Part shown: positions 34,893 through 44,615 of the stretch, one piece after another | Numbering within the stretch: the stretch's first letter is position 1 | How the letters are laid out: every line of letters starts with the position of its first letter | Notes under the pieces: generated by a model | The model's input: only the letters and a program-made list of their open reading frames with translations | What the model was told of the DNA's origin: nothing | The model's database searches: none | From: Methanobacteriota archaeon | Lineage (GTDB): Archaea; Thermoplasmatota; Poseidoniia; Poseidoniales; Poseidoniaceae | Length of the DNA: 64,000 nucleotides | Reading direction: 5' to 3' | NCBI GenBank assembly: GCA_002729095.1 | Contig: PBWC01000045.1 | Location: 108,778-172,777 of the forward strand | Position numbers and translations under genes: made by a program

Positions 34893-35528
34893 GTGTCAGA
34901 ACAGGAAGGCGAGCCAGTAGGCATATGGATGGGTCTGCAAGCTGGCGCTTTAATCGGCCTTTATGTCGGGTTTTCTCTGGCAACAATTTCGGTTTTAACC
35001 GATGCAGAAAAGATTAATCGCACCATATCTCTAATGTGTTTCCCACCATTTATTGGTTCTATTATATTAGGACCCTTCCTAGCAAAAAGAAGAAAACCAG
35101 TTAAATTAAGCAGAAAACCACTTGAAATGGCCAGAGAGATTCTTGAAGAATTCAATGAGGGACAAGGTAACTGGAGAGTTCTCAGTCACGTATCTAGTGA
35201 TGGGATGAACATCAGAATAGACATGCATAATCTAAAAAATATTGAGGGGGTTGTCGACGCAGCATTGATAATTGCTGAGCAAAGTACTGTCAAATTCATT
35301 GTAGGAAGGGGCACTTCTAAGAGCTCATCACCAGAGTTAAGAGAACGAGTATTAAACAGAGTAGAATCCAAAGTTAGTGTTCTTAGAAGAACTAGAAAAG
35401 CAAAATCTATTGAAGTAAAGCCTGAAACGAGTCATGAATACGATACATATCAAAATAAACTGAATAAAGTTCTATTCATTCTACTACCAATTGTTTCATT
35501 TTTAGCTTGGATAGAGATGAGAAATTGA
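34893..35528 (+). CDS. membrane protein with Smr-like domain
   Basis: Two N-terminal TM helices; IRIDMHNL...VKFIVGRGTSKS...LRERV; C-terminal TM helix. Confidence 0.6.
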   Translation: MSEQEGEPVGIWMGLQAGALIGLYVGFSLATISVLTDAEKINRTISLMCFPPFIGSIILGPFLAKRRKPVKLSRKPLEMAREILEEFNEGQGNWRVLSHVSSDGMNIRIDMHNLKNIEGVVDAALIIAEQSTVKFIVGRGTSKSSSPELRERVLNRVESKVSVLRRTRKAKSIEVKPETSHEYDTYQNKLNKVLFILLPIVSFLAWIEMRN

Positions 35529-35576
35529 GGAACATAATTCAACATATATTATGACCTAAGAACTAAAGCACTAACC

Positions 35577-36497
35577 ATGCGAGAAGTAACCTTGTTTTGG
35601 AAGAGGGCTAGGTTGCGAGAGTTAGATATCGCCGAAGTTCTTGATATTTTCAAGCATTTAGAATTTTTATCATACGTAAAACGTGTCCCTAAAGACGTAA
35701 GAATTATTGTAAAAGCAGATTTTGTTGAGGGTAAAACAATTGATGATATTGATGACTTATATTTCTTAGAACTTATTGAGGTTATTTTAGAGCCAATAGG
35801 CAACAATAACAGTTACATTTTGTTGGTTAAATTAAACCATTCACTATCAAATATTAATGCACGTACTAATGGAACAAGTGCAATTCCTGGATGCAGATTG
35901 GATGGTGAAGGATTAACATATATTATTCAAGGTCCGCCGATGAAACTCAGGATAGTTACAACATTAGCACGAATTTTATCAAAACCAGATAGAACAAGTG
36001 CTAGAAGTTTAGATTTCAAACTTACATCGAGTAATTCTATTTTGAGCCCTAAACAACTCAAACTGGCCAAGTTCGCTTATGATAGAGGGTACTTTGATGT
36101 TCCAAAGAGAATCAGAGTTAGTGATTTAGCAGAACAAGTCGGCTTAGCCAGAGCCACAATTTCTGAACATTTATCACGTATTGAGGCCATAATTATGGAT
36201 GATATGTTTTCTTCTTATGATGAACCCTATGTTAGTCCAGAAACTATAAAGCTGATGCTAGAGACAATTGAATTAGATTCACAAGATGCTAATATTGACC
36301 AAAAGAAAGGCATGAAGAAGATGCTTGAAAATATTAGAGACAATATAAAAAATGAAATTGTTCCAAATATTCTGCATGATGATAAAGAAACAGACTTAAC
36401 TATGGATGAATTGGTTGAATACGGTATGCAAGAGCATAAAGAGAATATCAGCCAAATAGATCAAATTATGATAGAAAAATTCTCCTCATTAGAATAA
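35577..36497 (+). CDS. bacterio-opsin activator-type HTH (HTH_10) transcriptional regulator
   Basis: LSPKQ...AYDRGYFDVPKRIRVSDLAEQVGLARATISEHLSRIE. Confidence 0.85.
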   Translation: MREVTLFWKRARLRELDIAEVLDIFKHLEFLSYVKRVPKDVRIIVKADFVEGKTIDDIDDLYFLELIEVILEPIGNNNSYILLVKLNHSLSNINARTNGTSAIPGCRLDGEGLTYIIQGPPMKLRIVTTLARILSKPDRTSARSLDFKLTSSNSILSPKQLKLAKFAYDRGYFDVPKRIRVSDLAEQVGLARATISEHLSRIEAIIMDDMFSSYDEPYVSPETIKLMLETIELDSQDANIDQKKGMKKMLENIRDNIKNEIVPNILHDDKETDLTMDELVEYGMQEHKENISQIDQIMIEKFSSLE

Positions 36498-36539
36498 TCT
36501 TGTCGTATCATTTAGAAAGCACCCTGTGTTACCCCTAAC

Positions 36540-37505
36540 ATGACCCGAATCTCAGAACTACTGAAGAGACTGGTTGAGGGTGGAATTGAGGTAACTAATG
36601 AAATCAAAAAAGTAATGATTAATACAGAAATCGAATCATTTTCCGACTATGATTGTGATCCATTTTATTCTGATAGGCCAATTCCTTTTACTGAAACTGA
36701 AATTGGGGAAGTTAAAACCATTTCAGCACCTCACATGATTGTCACACTGTTACATAATATGGAACTTCTAGAAGGTCAAGAAGTGATAATTATCGGATCT
36801 AAAGGAGGTTATCTAGCCGCCTTAGTTGCTCAACTAATTGGTGAAAATGGAATTGTTAGAGTTCTAGATACCTGCTCAAATGTTATATCTCATTCTAAGC
36901 AGAGGCTTACTCACTGGCCTACAATTGAATTTAGAGAACTAGAATCAATAGAAGTATCACCCGTCGCCTTCCCTGGAGAATTTGATCGTGTTTTGGTCAC
37001 TGGTCACATTGAAGAGTTACCAAGTTGGATAACTGACAGAATTAGTGATACTGGATTTGTAATCGCACCTATTGGCCCAAATAATAATCAACATTTGATG
37101 AAAATAGAAAAGCAAGAGGATGAATTATTTCCAACCGATCTGGGTCCTGTTTGTTTTGGATCTTTGGAGAGTAGAAGGCATGGGAATCAATATGTTAGCC
37201 CTGTAGAACTTGCTGAATTATTAGAATTAGTAATTCATACATGTCAAGAATTAGACATTATTGAATTGGAAGAAATCAACCAATTGCAAGACATTATTGC
37301 TGAATTATATTTTTTACCTAATGACTTACCACCTGTTGGCGAAGGCGGAATTCCTATTTCCGAGCATCCAATGTTCAAATCATTGATTGAAAAATCTGAT
37401 TCTTTCATTAGATTTTGGCCAATATTACAAGTTATATTACATCCAATAATTCGACAAATAGGCTTTGAAAATTGGATTTTCGATGATTATGATAGTCTCG
37501 AATAA
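36540..37505 (+). CDS. protein-L-isoaspartate O-methyltransferase-like protein with C-terminal extension
   Basis: Y.DRPIP, TISAPHMI, IIIGSKGGYLAAL, FDRVLVT, GFVIAPIG. Confidence 0.75.
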   Translation: MTRISELLKRLVEGGIEVTNEIKKVMINTEIESFSDYDCDPFYSDRPIPFTETEIGEVKTISAPHMIVTLLHNMELLEGQEVIIIGSKGGYLAALVAQLIGENGIVRVLDTCSNVISHSKQRLTHWPTIEFRELESIEVSPVAFPGEFDRVLVTGHIEELPSWITDRISDTGFVIAPIGPNNNQHLMKIEKQEDELFPTDLGPVCFGSLESRRHGNQYVSPVELAELLELVIHTCQELDIIELEEINQLQDIIAELYFLPNDLPPVGEGGIPISEHPMFKSLIEKSDSFIRFWPILQVILHPIIRQIGFENWIFDDYDSLE

Positions 37506-37520
37506 ATCTGAGGTGATATA

Positions 37521-38507
37521 ATGGTTAAACCTTCGAACCAGTTCGTTCATCAATTAAATCACAAAGATATAAGTATCAGAAGAAAGGCAGTGCGTACTCT
37601 ATTTGAAATGGACGACCCGCAAAACCTTGAGGCTTTTCAATCATTACTCAGTGATAAAGAATCATGGTTTAGGTCTAAGGCACTAGAGGCTCATCGAATG
37701 TGGGCAAGCAAAAACGGAATTTCTTCTTTAGAATATTTAGCCAGACACAAAAGCATTGATGCCAAGAGATGTGCAGCAAATCTTCTCGAGGAATTTGATG
37801 AGGAAACAGTTGAAGTTGCTGAAATATTATTAAAACAAGACGACATGATATGTCAGATTAAAGCCGCTGAAGCATTAATTAAATTCGATAAAGATGGTAA
37901 ATACACGGAAAAATTCCTTTCATCTGAAAATGAAAAAATAATTTCGATTGCATTATCAAGTGAAAAAATCACCAAACAACAACTAATTGAATCTCTTGAA
38001 GGCAAATCGATTTATGTAAAAAATACAGCATTAAAAAAATTACAGAATTATGATTATGACTTAGATGATGAAATGTTGTTAAAATTAATTAAAGAAGGTG
38101 TTGAAGGTAAAGAAACGATTCCTTTTGCAATAAATAATTCAGGTAAATGTTTGATCGAAATCGCTAATTCCAAAGACTCAAAAATAATTAAAAAGTTAGT
38201 CTCAGAGTTAAAAAATAAATTTAATTCATTTGAAGAACCTGTTATTCAATTATTGATTGAAAATAATTGCCACATCGTTTTAGGCAGGTGGTTACAAGGC
38301 AGAAAAGATTCCCAAAGTGATGAACTTAGATGGCAAATAATAGAAAATGAAGAATTAGATGAAATTGAGAGATCTAGACTGCTTGAAAGGCTGATGGGGC
38401 GAATCAATGAAGAGGAAATAAAGGTCAAATCGAAACAACTATTCGAAACAACAAATAGTGAATTATTGAAGATTATAGCACATAACCTTTCAACTGCCGG
38501 CGATTAA
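37521..38507 (+). CDS. HEAT-repeat protein
   Basis: DISIRRKAVRTL, DKESWFRSKALEA, CQIKAAEAL repeats; GAGGTGA SD. Confidence 0.7.
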   Translation: MVKPSNQFVHQLNHKDISIRRKAVRTLFEMDDPQNLEAFQSLLSDKESWFRSKALEAHRMWASKNGISSLEYLARHKSIDAKRCAANLLEEFDEETVEVAEILLKQDDMICQIKAAEALIKFDKDGKYTEKFLSSENEKIISIALSSEKITKQQLIESLEGKSIYVKNTALKKLQNYDYDLDDEMLLKLIKEGVEGKETIPFAINNSGKCLIEIANSKDSKIIKKLVSELKNKFNSFEEPVIQLLIENNCHIVLGRWLQGRKDSQSDELRWQIIENEELDEIERSRLLERLMGRINEEEIKVKSKQLFETTNSELLKIIAHNLSTAGD

Positions 38508-38515
38508 AGCGCATT

Positions 38516-40369
38516 ATGCGAGACGGTTATTCGGGGATAAGTTTCCTTTTCGATGCCACTGAAGGTGAAACTAAACACTTACATGTTGGCTTGGAAATTG
38601 AAGGGCCATTTACTAAACCAAATTTGGTCTTAAGTTTTCCTAGGTGGGTACCCGGGTCTTATTTTCTTAGAGAACCAATACAGTATATGTTTGACTTCGA
38701 GGCTAAAAATGATAAAAATGAAATTCTAAAATCTGAAAGGAAGAATGTGGACTCAATGAAGATTTCATTAGGTCATAACACTGACTTAGTATCTATAAAA
38801 TACAAAATTATTGCTAGAGAATTATCGTGTCGCTCAACTCATCTCGATAATTCACACATTCACATGATGCCGCCATTCACTTGGTTTCTTCCAACTTCTG
38901 GAATTGATTCCGACAGAATGGAAATGACTCATAAAATAAAATCACATTTGCCTGAGGAATGGACACCAGCAACACAGTATCTTCAAACCTCAAAAAGTAA
39001 AAGTAAAGGTTTGCTTACTAACAACGCTGGAGACACTTATACATTTGAAGCACCTAATAGGGATGAACTGCTGGATGGAATAATAGAAGCAAATTCTAAC
39101 CCTACTCATTCCTGGGTTGTTGAAGGAAGAACTCATCATTTGAAAATTTGGGACAGCGGAGGATTTGTACCCAATTCTGATATGCTTGAAAAACTCAAAT
39201 TAGATATGAATAAAATTATTTGCGAACACCACGCACTATTCGGAATCCCTGCGTGGGATAATTACGTAACAGTGTTACATTTTACTGAAAAGTCTAGAGG
39301 TGGTTTAGAACACCTTAATTCACAAACTTCGATGCTACCAAGACAGTGCTTGATGCCTGGTTTTGTTGATGAATACAGGGATCTTGTAAGCTTGTTCAGC
39401 CATGAATATCTACATCAATGGAACGTAAAGAGACTTAGACCGAGGAATTTCATAAGTTATGACCTACAAAAAGAAGTCCATTCAGATTTATTATGGTGGT
39501 TCGAAGGCACCACTTCTTGGTTAGGTGACATACTTTGCGTAAGGTCAGGTGCTTGGAGTGAGGAAGATTGGAGGAAAGATTTCCTTCGAAAAATGAAGAG
39601 ACATACTTTGAGACATGGAATGGAAAAAGAATCCCTAGCAGAATCTAGCCATGATGCCTGGATTCACCTGTATAGGAGTCATTCATTTTCGCGGGAAACT
39701 CAAATTTCATACTATTTGGAAGGTGAATTGGCAATATTCTGTCTAGACGCCGAACTTAGAAAACGCTCTAATGGAGAATCTGGTGTGTGTGAGTTAATGT
39801 CTTTATTGTGTAAAAAGTACGCTATTGAATATCCTAATGTTGAAAGATTAGGTGTAAATTATAATGATATTAGATCTACACTAACTTCAATGAAAGGTGG
39901 TTTAAGACTGGGTAAATTACTAGATTCACTGGTTTTTGACAGAAAGGCTCCGGATGTGAAGAACGCTCTGCGATACTTTTCGCTAGAATTGGTTCCTGAA
40001 AAAACAGTCAAAGAGGATGATGAATCTCTAGGATGGTTAGGATTACAACTTCGTCAATCCAATAGACAAATTTTAGTCAGTTCACATCAACAAGATTCGC
40101 CTTTAAGAAATATAATAATGCCTGGAGATGAAATATTAGCAATTGATGGATTTAGGATGAATGATATTGGAGTTTTGAATAAATTCTTAAAGGGAATGGC
40201 TAATAAAAATTCAGAAATAACATACACGCATGAAGGTATAATCAAAAAATGTAATTTGGTACTGCCGAAATCGCCGCAAAGACTAGTAAAACTTGAAGGG
40301 AAAGGAAACAAAAAATGGTCGAAATACATCTCAACGAGACAAACTACTTCAAATCCTCAAGAAGAATAA
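38516..40369 (+). CDS. M61 glycyl aminopeptidase family protein with PDZ domain
   Basis: PRWVPGSY, GGLEH, SHEYLHQWN.KR.RP, LWWFEG.T, SYY..G; PDZ GWLGL...PGDEILAIDG. Confidence 0.92.
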   Translation: MRDGYSGISFLFDATEGETKHLHVGLEIEGPFTKPNLVLSFPRWVPGSYFLREPIQYMFDFEAKNDKNEILKSERKNVDSMKISLGHNTDLVSIKYKIIARELSCRSTHLDNSHIHMMPPFTWFLPTSGIDSDRMEMTHKIKSHLPEEWTPATQYLQTSKSKSKGLLTNNAGDTYTFEAPNRDELLDGIIEANSNPTHSWVVEGRTHHLKIWDSGGFVPNSDMLEKLKLDMNKIICEHHALFGIPAWDNYVTVLHFTEKSRGGLEHLNSQTSMLPRQCLMPGFVDEYRDLVSLFSHEYLHQWNVKRLRPRNFISYDLQKEVHSDLLWWFEGTTSWLGDILCVRSGAWSEEDWRKDFLRKMKRHTLRHGMEKESLAESSHDAWIHLYRSHSFSRETQISYYLEGELAIFCLDAELRKRSNGESGVCELMSLLCKKYAIEYPNVERLGVNYNDIRSTLTSMKGGLRLGKLLDSLVFDRKAPDVKNALRYFSLELVPEKTVKEDDESLGWLGLQLRQSNRQILVSSHQQDSPLRNIIMPGDEILAIDGFRMNDIGVLNKFLKGMANKNSEITYTHEGIIKKCNLVLPKSPQRLVKLEGKGNKKWSKYISTRQTTSNPQEE

Positions 40370-40751
40370 ATATTGGTGGTACATCATAAGAAAATATATG
40401 TCTACTAGTTTTTGCAGGATAAAGACTACTAGATAGACACATTTCTAGAACGTCATTTTTAGAAATGGAATGGAGATTAGAATTAGGCCACGTTTCGACA
40501 ATGATATTTTCATCTATGAGATAATCTACACAAATTGCTGGAACAGAGGTCAAGTTCATTATCTTTGCAACCGAAAAACGGTGATGACCATCTAATAATG
40601 AGCCTGTATTCTTATCTACAATCAAAGGCTTGGTAAAACCACCCCACTTTTCAGTCATTTGGAGTAACTTATCTCTTGCCTTTTCTTTAATTTCCTCATG
40701 GGGCTTTAACCACTCAAGAGGGACTAAAGTAACACAATCATCGCTCCACAT
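40344..40751 (-). CDS. ParB/Srx-fold protein, short SerK/SbnI-like
   Basis: LKPHEEI, KPLIVD, LLDGHHR, VDY, PAKTSRH. Confidence 0.75.
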   Translation of the reverse strand: MWSDDCVTLVPLEWLKPHEEIKEKARDKLLQMTEKWGGFTKPLIVDKNTGSLLDGHHRFSVAKIMNLTSVPAICVDYLIDENIIVETWPNSNLHSISKNDVLEMCLSSSLYPAKTSRHIFSYDVPPIFILLEDLK

Positions 40752-40822
40752 ATTCAATTCGAAGATGATTTGAAGAATAATGCTTTGGTGCAATTGATTG
40801 TAGCGAGACTGGAGGAGATAGT

Positions 40823-42178
40823 TTGAGGCATTTGATTAAAGGTCTAGAAGCGGATTTAACAGGCTTTAAATGCTCTTTCAAAACCAGAAAAATTCTTGAA
40901 AAATTACCTAATGATTTAATCGATATTTTGAATAAAATTGCTCAAAATAATGGTGGTGTTTGGATTGTTGGTGGAGCCGTGAGAGATTGGCTAATAGGTC
41001 ATACTCCAGAAGATATTGATCTGGCAGTAAACCTTACTCCCGAACAAATGTTAGAAATCTTTCCTGATGCAATCCTGACCGGTGAAAACTTTGGAACATT
41101 ATCATTGAGAGGTGAAAACTGCCTATATCAAGCAACTACACTTAGAACTGATGGGAATTACAACGATGGAAGAAGGCCTAATAATGTATTTTGGGGTAAT
41201 TCTCTAAAGAAAGATTTGGAAAGAAGGGACTTTACTGTCAATGCAATGGCGATAGATGTTGCCAGAGAACTTCTATATGACCCGCACAACGGCAGAAGTG
41301 ATATCTCTAGAGGTTTAATCAGAGCAGTAGGAAATGCTCATCAAAGGTTATCCGAAGATGGTTTAAGAATTATGAGAGCATTCAGGTTTTCTGATAGGAA
41401 AGAGGATGGTGTTTGGGAATTAGAGAATAGTTTGGAAGTTTCTATTTCCCAACTGAAACACATGTTGGATAACATTTCTAGAGAACGAATATTCATTGAG
41501 TGGAAGAGAATTCTATCTGGTCAAAGTTCTGGTATCGTTATTAAAAAAATGGCACTTATGGGGATATTAGACAGATTTTTAATCGGTAGGTGGGATAACA
41601 AATTTGCAATCTTTGAAGCGCTAGATAATAATCTATCACTTTTTGACGGATTAGAAAAGTTTTCTCTCATTTTATGTGAAAATACCATTCAAGAAGTTGA
41701 AACAATTTGTAAGGAATTAAAAATGTCAAAAATTGAAAGAAATAGGATAATTTCAATTCATAACAGATTTGGACATATTCCGAAATTGAATAAACATTCG
41801 ATTAGAAGATTTCGATTCGTTTTACAAGATTTTGCGATTAAACACCTTATGTTAGAAAAAATAATTATTGATTGTAAAATTTCAATCCGTGGAGAAGGAC
41901 TAACAAACCATAATTTGATTATTATAGATGAAATAATTGATGCAGTTAAAAATCTAGAAAAACAAAAAACCCAATCCGAGCCATTAGCTGATGGCAAATG
42001 GATAATGGTACAAACTGGACTACAAAAAGGAGAAAAACTAGGTAGGTTGAAGTCATGGCTTCATACAATACAAATCGAAAGAGATTTGTATGACATTTCC
42101 CAGATAGAAAAGGTTCTTTCCACGCTTTCATGGAACAATAGTGATTTCAAAAACTGGCCTGAATTGAAATTTCCATAG
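40823..42178 (+). CDS. cca: class II (bacterial-type) CCA-adding tRNA nucleotidyltransferase
   Basis: VGGAVRD...DIDLA, RTDGNYNDGRRP, DLERRDFTVNAMA, EDGLRIMRAFRF, ISRERI. Confidence 0.85.
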   Translation: MRHLIKGLEADLTGFKCSFKTRKILEKLPNDLIDILNKIAQNNGGVWIVGGAVRDWLIGHTPEDIDLAVNLTPEQMLEIFPDAILTGENFGTLSLRGENCLYQATTLRTDGNYNDGRRPNNVFWGNSLKKDLERRDFTVNAMAIDVARELLYDPHNGRSDISRGLIRAVGNAHQRLSEDGLRIMRAFRFSDRKEDGVWELENSLEVSISQLKHMLDNISRERIFIEWKRILSGQSSGIVIKKMALMGILDRFLIGRWDNKFAIFEALDNNLSLFDGLEKFSLILCENTIQEVETICKELKMSKIERNRIISIHNRFGHIPKLNKHSIRRFRFVLQDFAIKHLMLEKIIIDCKISIRGEGLTNHNLIIIDEIIDAVKNLEKQKTQSEPLADGKWIMVQTGLQKGEKLGRLKSWLHTIQIERDLYDISQIEKVLSTLSWNNSDFKNWPELKFP

Positions 42179-42228
42179 TTGCAGTAATTTGAATAATTAG
42201 TGTCTTTACGACAATATGAGGGGCGGAA

Positions 42229-43329
42229 GTGATTATTGAGCAGTTAGAAAGTAAGATTTTATCTGGTGGAGGTTTGAATTCCTTAACTGATAGTGAATTA
42301 TCTCAATTAGCATTGCACTTTGTAGGCGATGCACCTCCATCGCATGTCCCAAGAGAAACTGTTATCAGTATTTTATCAGAACAAGATAATGTAAAAAAAT
42401 GGCAACAAGGTGTAGTTGATAAGGCAAGGCAACTGGCAAGTAGTAAAATTTCAGAAACAGTTGAAAATGTTCAATCTAGGATTGAACAAAATTCAGATAA
42501 CCCAATGGTTGCAGCAATAAAAGATAAATTTGGAAAATGGCTTATTGATTCAGGATATAGTGTCTCCGAATTGACTGTAAAGTTAGATAAAGATGTAGAT
42601 GGAACTATTTCGATGGAAGAAATTTCCCAATTCATTTTCGACTTGACTGGCACTCAACCCCCTGGTTGGGTTCTGTCCAACGTCCACAGTGTACTGGATA
42701 GAAACTCAGACGGAATTATTGAAGTTTCAGAGTTGTGGTCTTATCTTGAAGAAATTGGATTTGAAATCCCTGAAATTGTAGATCCTGTTATTGAACTACC
42801 TGATGCAAATGAAGCAATAGATGAGATGCCTGAAACTACAATTCCAGATGACGAATTTGAGAAGCAACTTGAAGAAATAGATAATTACTCTGAACCTGAT
42901 GCTGAACAGATAGTCATCGAGGCGGAGCCAATTATTCAACAAGAGACTATAGAACAAGTTATTGAAGATGAAAATATTATCTCAACCACCATCGAGAGAA
43001 CCATTGAACTTTTAGAAAACTCAAAACTTCATAGCGAAGCATTATCTATTATTTCAAATTCTGAAGAAGGAAGTTGTACTCTACATATTGATAGGATAGA
43101 GAATAATCTAATGGTTTCGGATAGTTACCGCGGTGGAAAAACTCTCGTTGGATTGCTAGACGGTGGCCCTTACAATGTAGCAGTATTGTTTGAACCTGAG
43201 TTTAATGATTTGATTGAACAGCAAATTTCAAAATCAAAAACTGTAACATTTGACGCTCGATTATTTGAGTGGTCAAGTGGACTTCGCCAAGCCAAATTAA
43301 AAGGTAAGTCTCTCAATGTTGGCAATTAA
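42229..43329 (+). CDS. EF-hand domain-containing protein
   Basis: Paired EF loops DKDVDGTISMEE and DRNSDGIIEVSE; acidic linker; beta-rich C-terminus. Confidence 0.75.
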   Translation: MIIEQLESKILSGGGLNSLTDSELSQLALHFVGDAPPSHVPRETVISILSEQDNVKKWQQGVVDKARQLASSKISETVENVQSRIEQNSDNPMVAAIKDKFGKWLIDSGYSVSELTVKLDKDVDGTISMEEISQFIFDLTGTQPPGWVLSNVHSVLDRNSDGIIEVSELWSYLEEIGFEIPEIVDPVIELPDANEAIDEMPETTIPDDEFEKQLEEIDNYSEPDAEQIVIEAEPIIQQETIEQVIEDENIISTTIERTIELLENSKLHSEALSIISNSEEGSCTLHIDRIENNLMVSDSYRGGKTLVGLLDGGPYNVAVLFEPEFNDLIEQQISKSKTVTFDARLFEWSSGLRQAKLKGKSLNVGN

Positions 43330-44495
43330 ACCAAAGAACGTGAGATAACAATTCTTTGTACTTCTTGTGTTCCCTCGTAAATCTGTGTTATCTTCGCATC
43401 TCGGAAAAATCTCTCGACTGGGAATTCCTTGGTATATCCGTATCCGCCTAAAACCTGTATCGCTTTTTCAGAAACCCACATTGCAGTATCTCCAGCGTAG
43501 AGTTTAGCCATGCTGGCTTCTTTTGTGTGTCTTTGACCACCGTTCTCATAATGTTCTTGTTTTGCCCATGAGGCTTTGTAAACCAATAAACGGGCTGCAT
43601 CAATCTTTGTTGCCATGTCAGAAAGGTAAGACATTATCATTTGGTGATGAGCAATTGGTTTTCCGAAGGCCTCTCTTTCATGAGAATACTTTAGAGCTGT
43701 TTCAAAGGCACCTTGAGCGATTCCTAGAGCCTGTGCTGCAATTCCAATCCTACTGTTATCTAATGCATTCATGGCGATGGGAAATCCTTTTCCGACACCT
43801 TTCAAAACATTTTCAACAGGAACTTTACAGTTCTCTAAAATCAGTGTGCAAGTGTCTGATGATCTAATTCCAAGTTTATCCTCTTTCTTGCCTACTTTGA
43901 AACCTTCAAAACTAGAATCCACAATAAATGCGGTAGTTCCACCATGCTTCTTGACTCCATAGTCAGGATGGTCAACATCTTTGGCGAAAAGAACAATTAT
44001 TTTTGCTTGTGCACCATTAGTAACCCACATTTTCTCACCATTCAAGATGAAGTGTTTGCCATCATCAGATAGTTTCGCTTTGCATATCATGGCAGCGGCA
44101 TCTGTACCTGCACCCGCTTCAGAGAGCGAGTATGCTCCCACCTCGCCAGCAGCCAACCTTGGTAGATATTTCTGTTTTTGTTCTTCATTCCCATGTAAAG
44201 AAATTGTTTTTGCACAAAGACCGACATGAACACAGAACATTACTCCAAAAGATGGATCTATTCTGGATAGTTCTTCAACAATAATTGATTCTGAAATGTC
44301 ATCAACTGGAGAACCACCATATTCTTCAGGAATTGTAACACCTTGAAGGCCATATTCAATGAATGATTGCCATTCTTCTGAAGGAGGTGTTTGGGTTTGG
44401 TCTCTATGCTCTGCTGTGGGCGCTAGTACTGTTTCAGCAAAGTCTCGGACCATTTCTCGAATCATTTGCTGTTCGTCGTTTTCTGCAAAATTCAT
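43326..44495 (-). CDS. acyl-CoA dehydrogenase
   Basis: IPEEYGG, YSLSEAGAGTD, NGEKMWVTNG, KLGIRSS, REAFGKPI, GGYGY, IYEGT. Confidence 0.95.
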   Translation of the reverse strand: MNFAENDEQQMIREMVRDFAETVLAPTAEHRDQTQTPPSEEWQSFIEYGLQGVTIPEEYGGSPVDDISESIIVEELSRIDPSFGVMFCVHVGLCAKTISLHGNEEQKQKYLPRLAAGEVGAYSLSEAGAGTDAAAMICKAKLSDDGKHFILNGEKMWVTNGAQAKIIVLFAKDVDHPDYGVKKHGGTTAFIVDSSFEGFKVGKKEDKLGIRSSDTCTLILENCKVPVENVLKGVGKGFPIAMNALDNSRIGIAAQALGIAQGAFETALKYSHEREAFGKPIAHHQMIMSYLSDMATKIDAARLLVYKASWAKQEHYENGGQRHTKEASMAKLYAGDTAMWVSEKAIQVLGGYGYTKEFPVERFFRDAKITQIYEGTQEVQRIVISRSLV

Positions 44496-44615
44496 GTTTC
44501 TCCCTATACACCCCAAAAGGCCGTGTTTCTTAACCCGTTTGTATAAAAATGATTTTTCGATTTTCCCAAACTATTCAAATACAATGCCTTTGAGGCGCGT
44601 TTAGGAGGAAATGTA

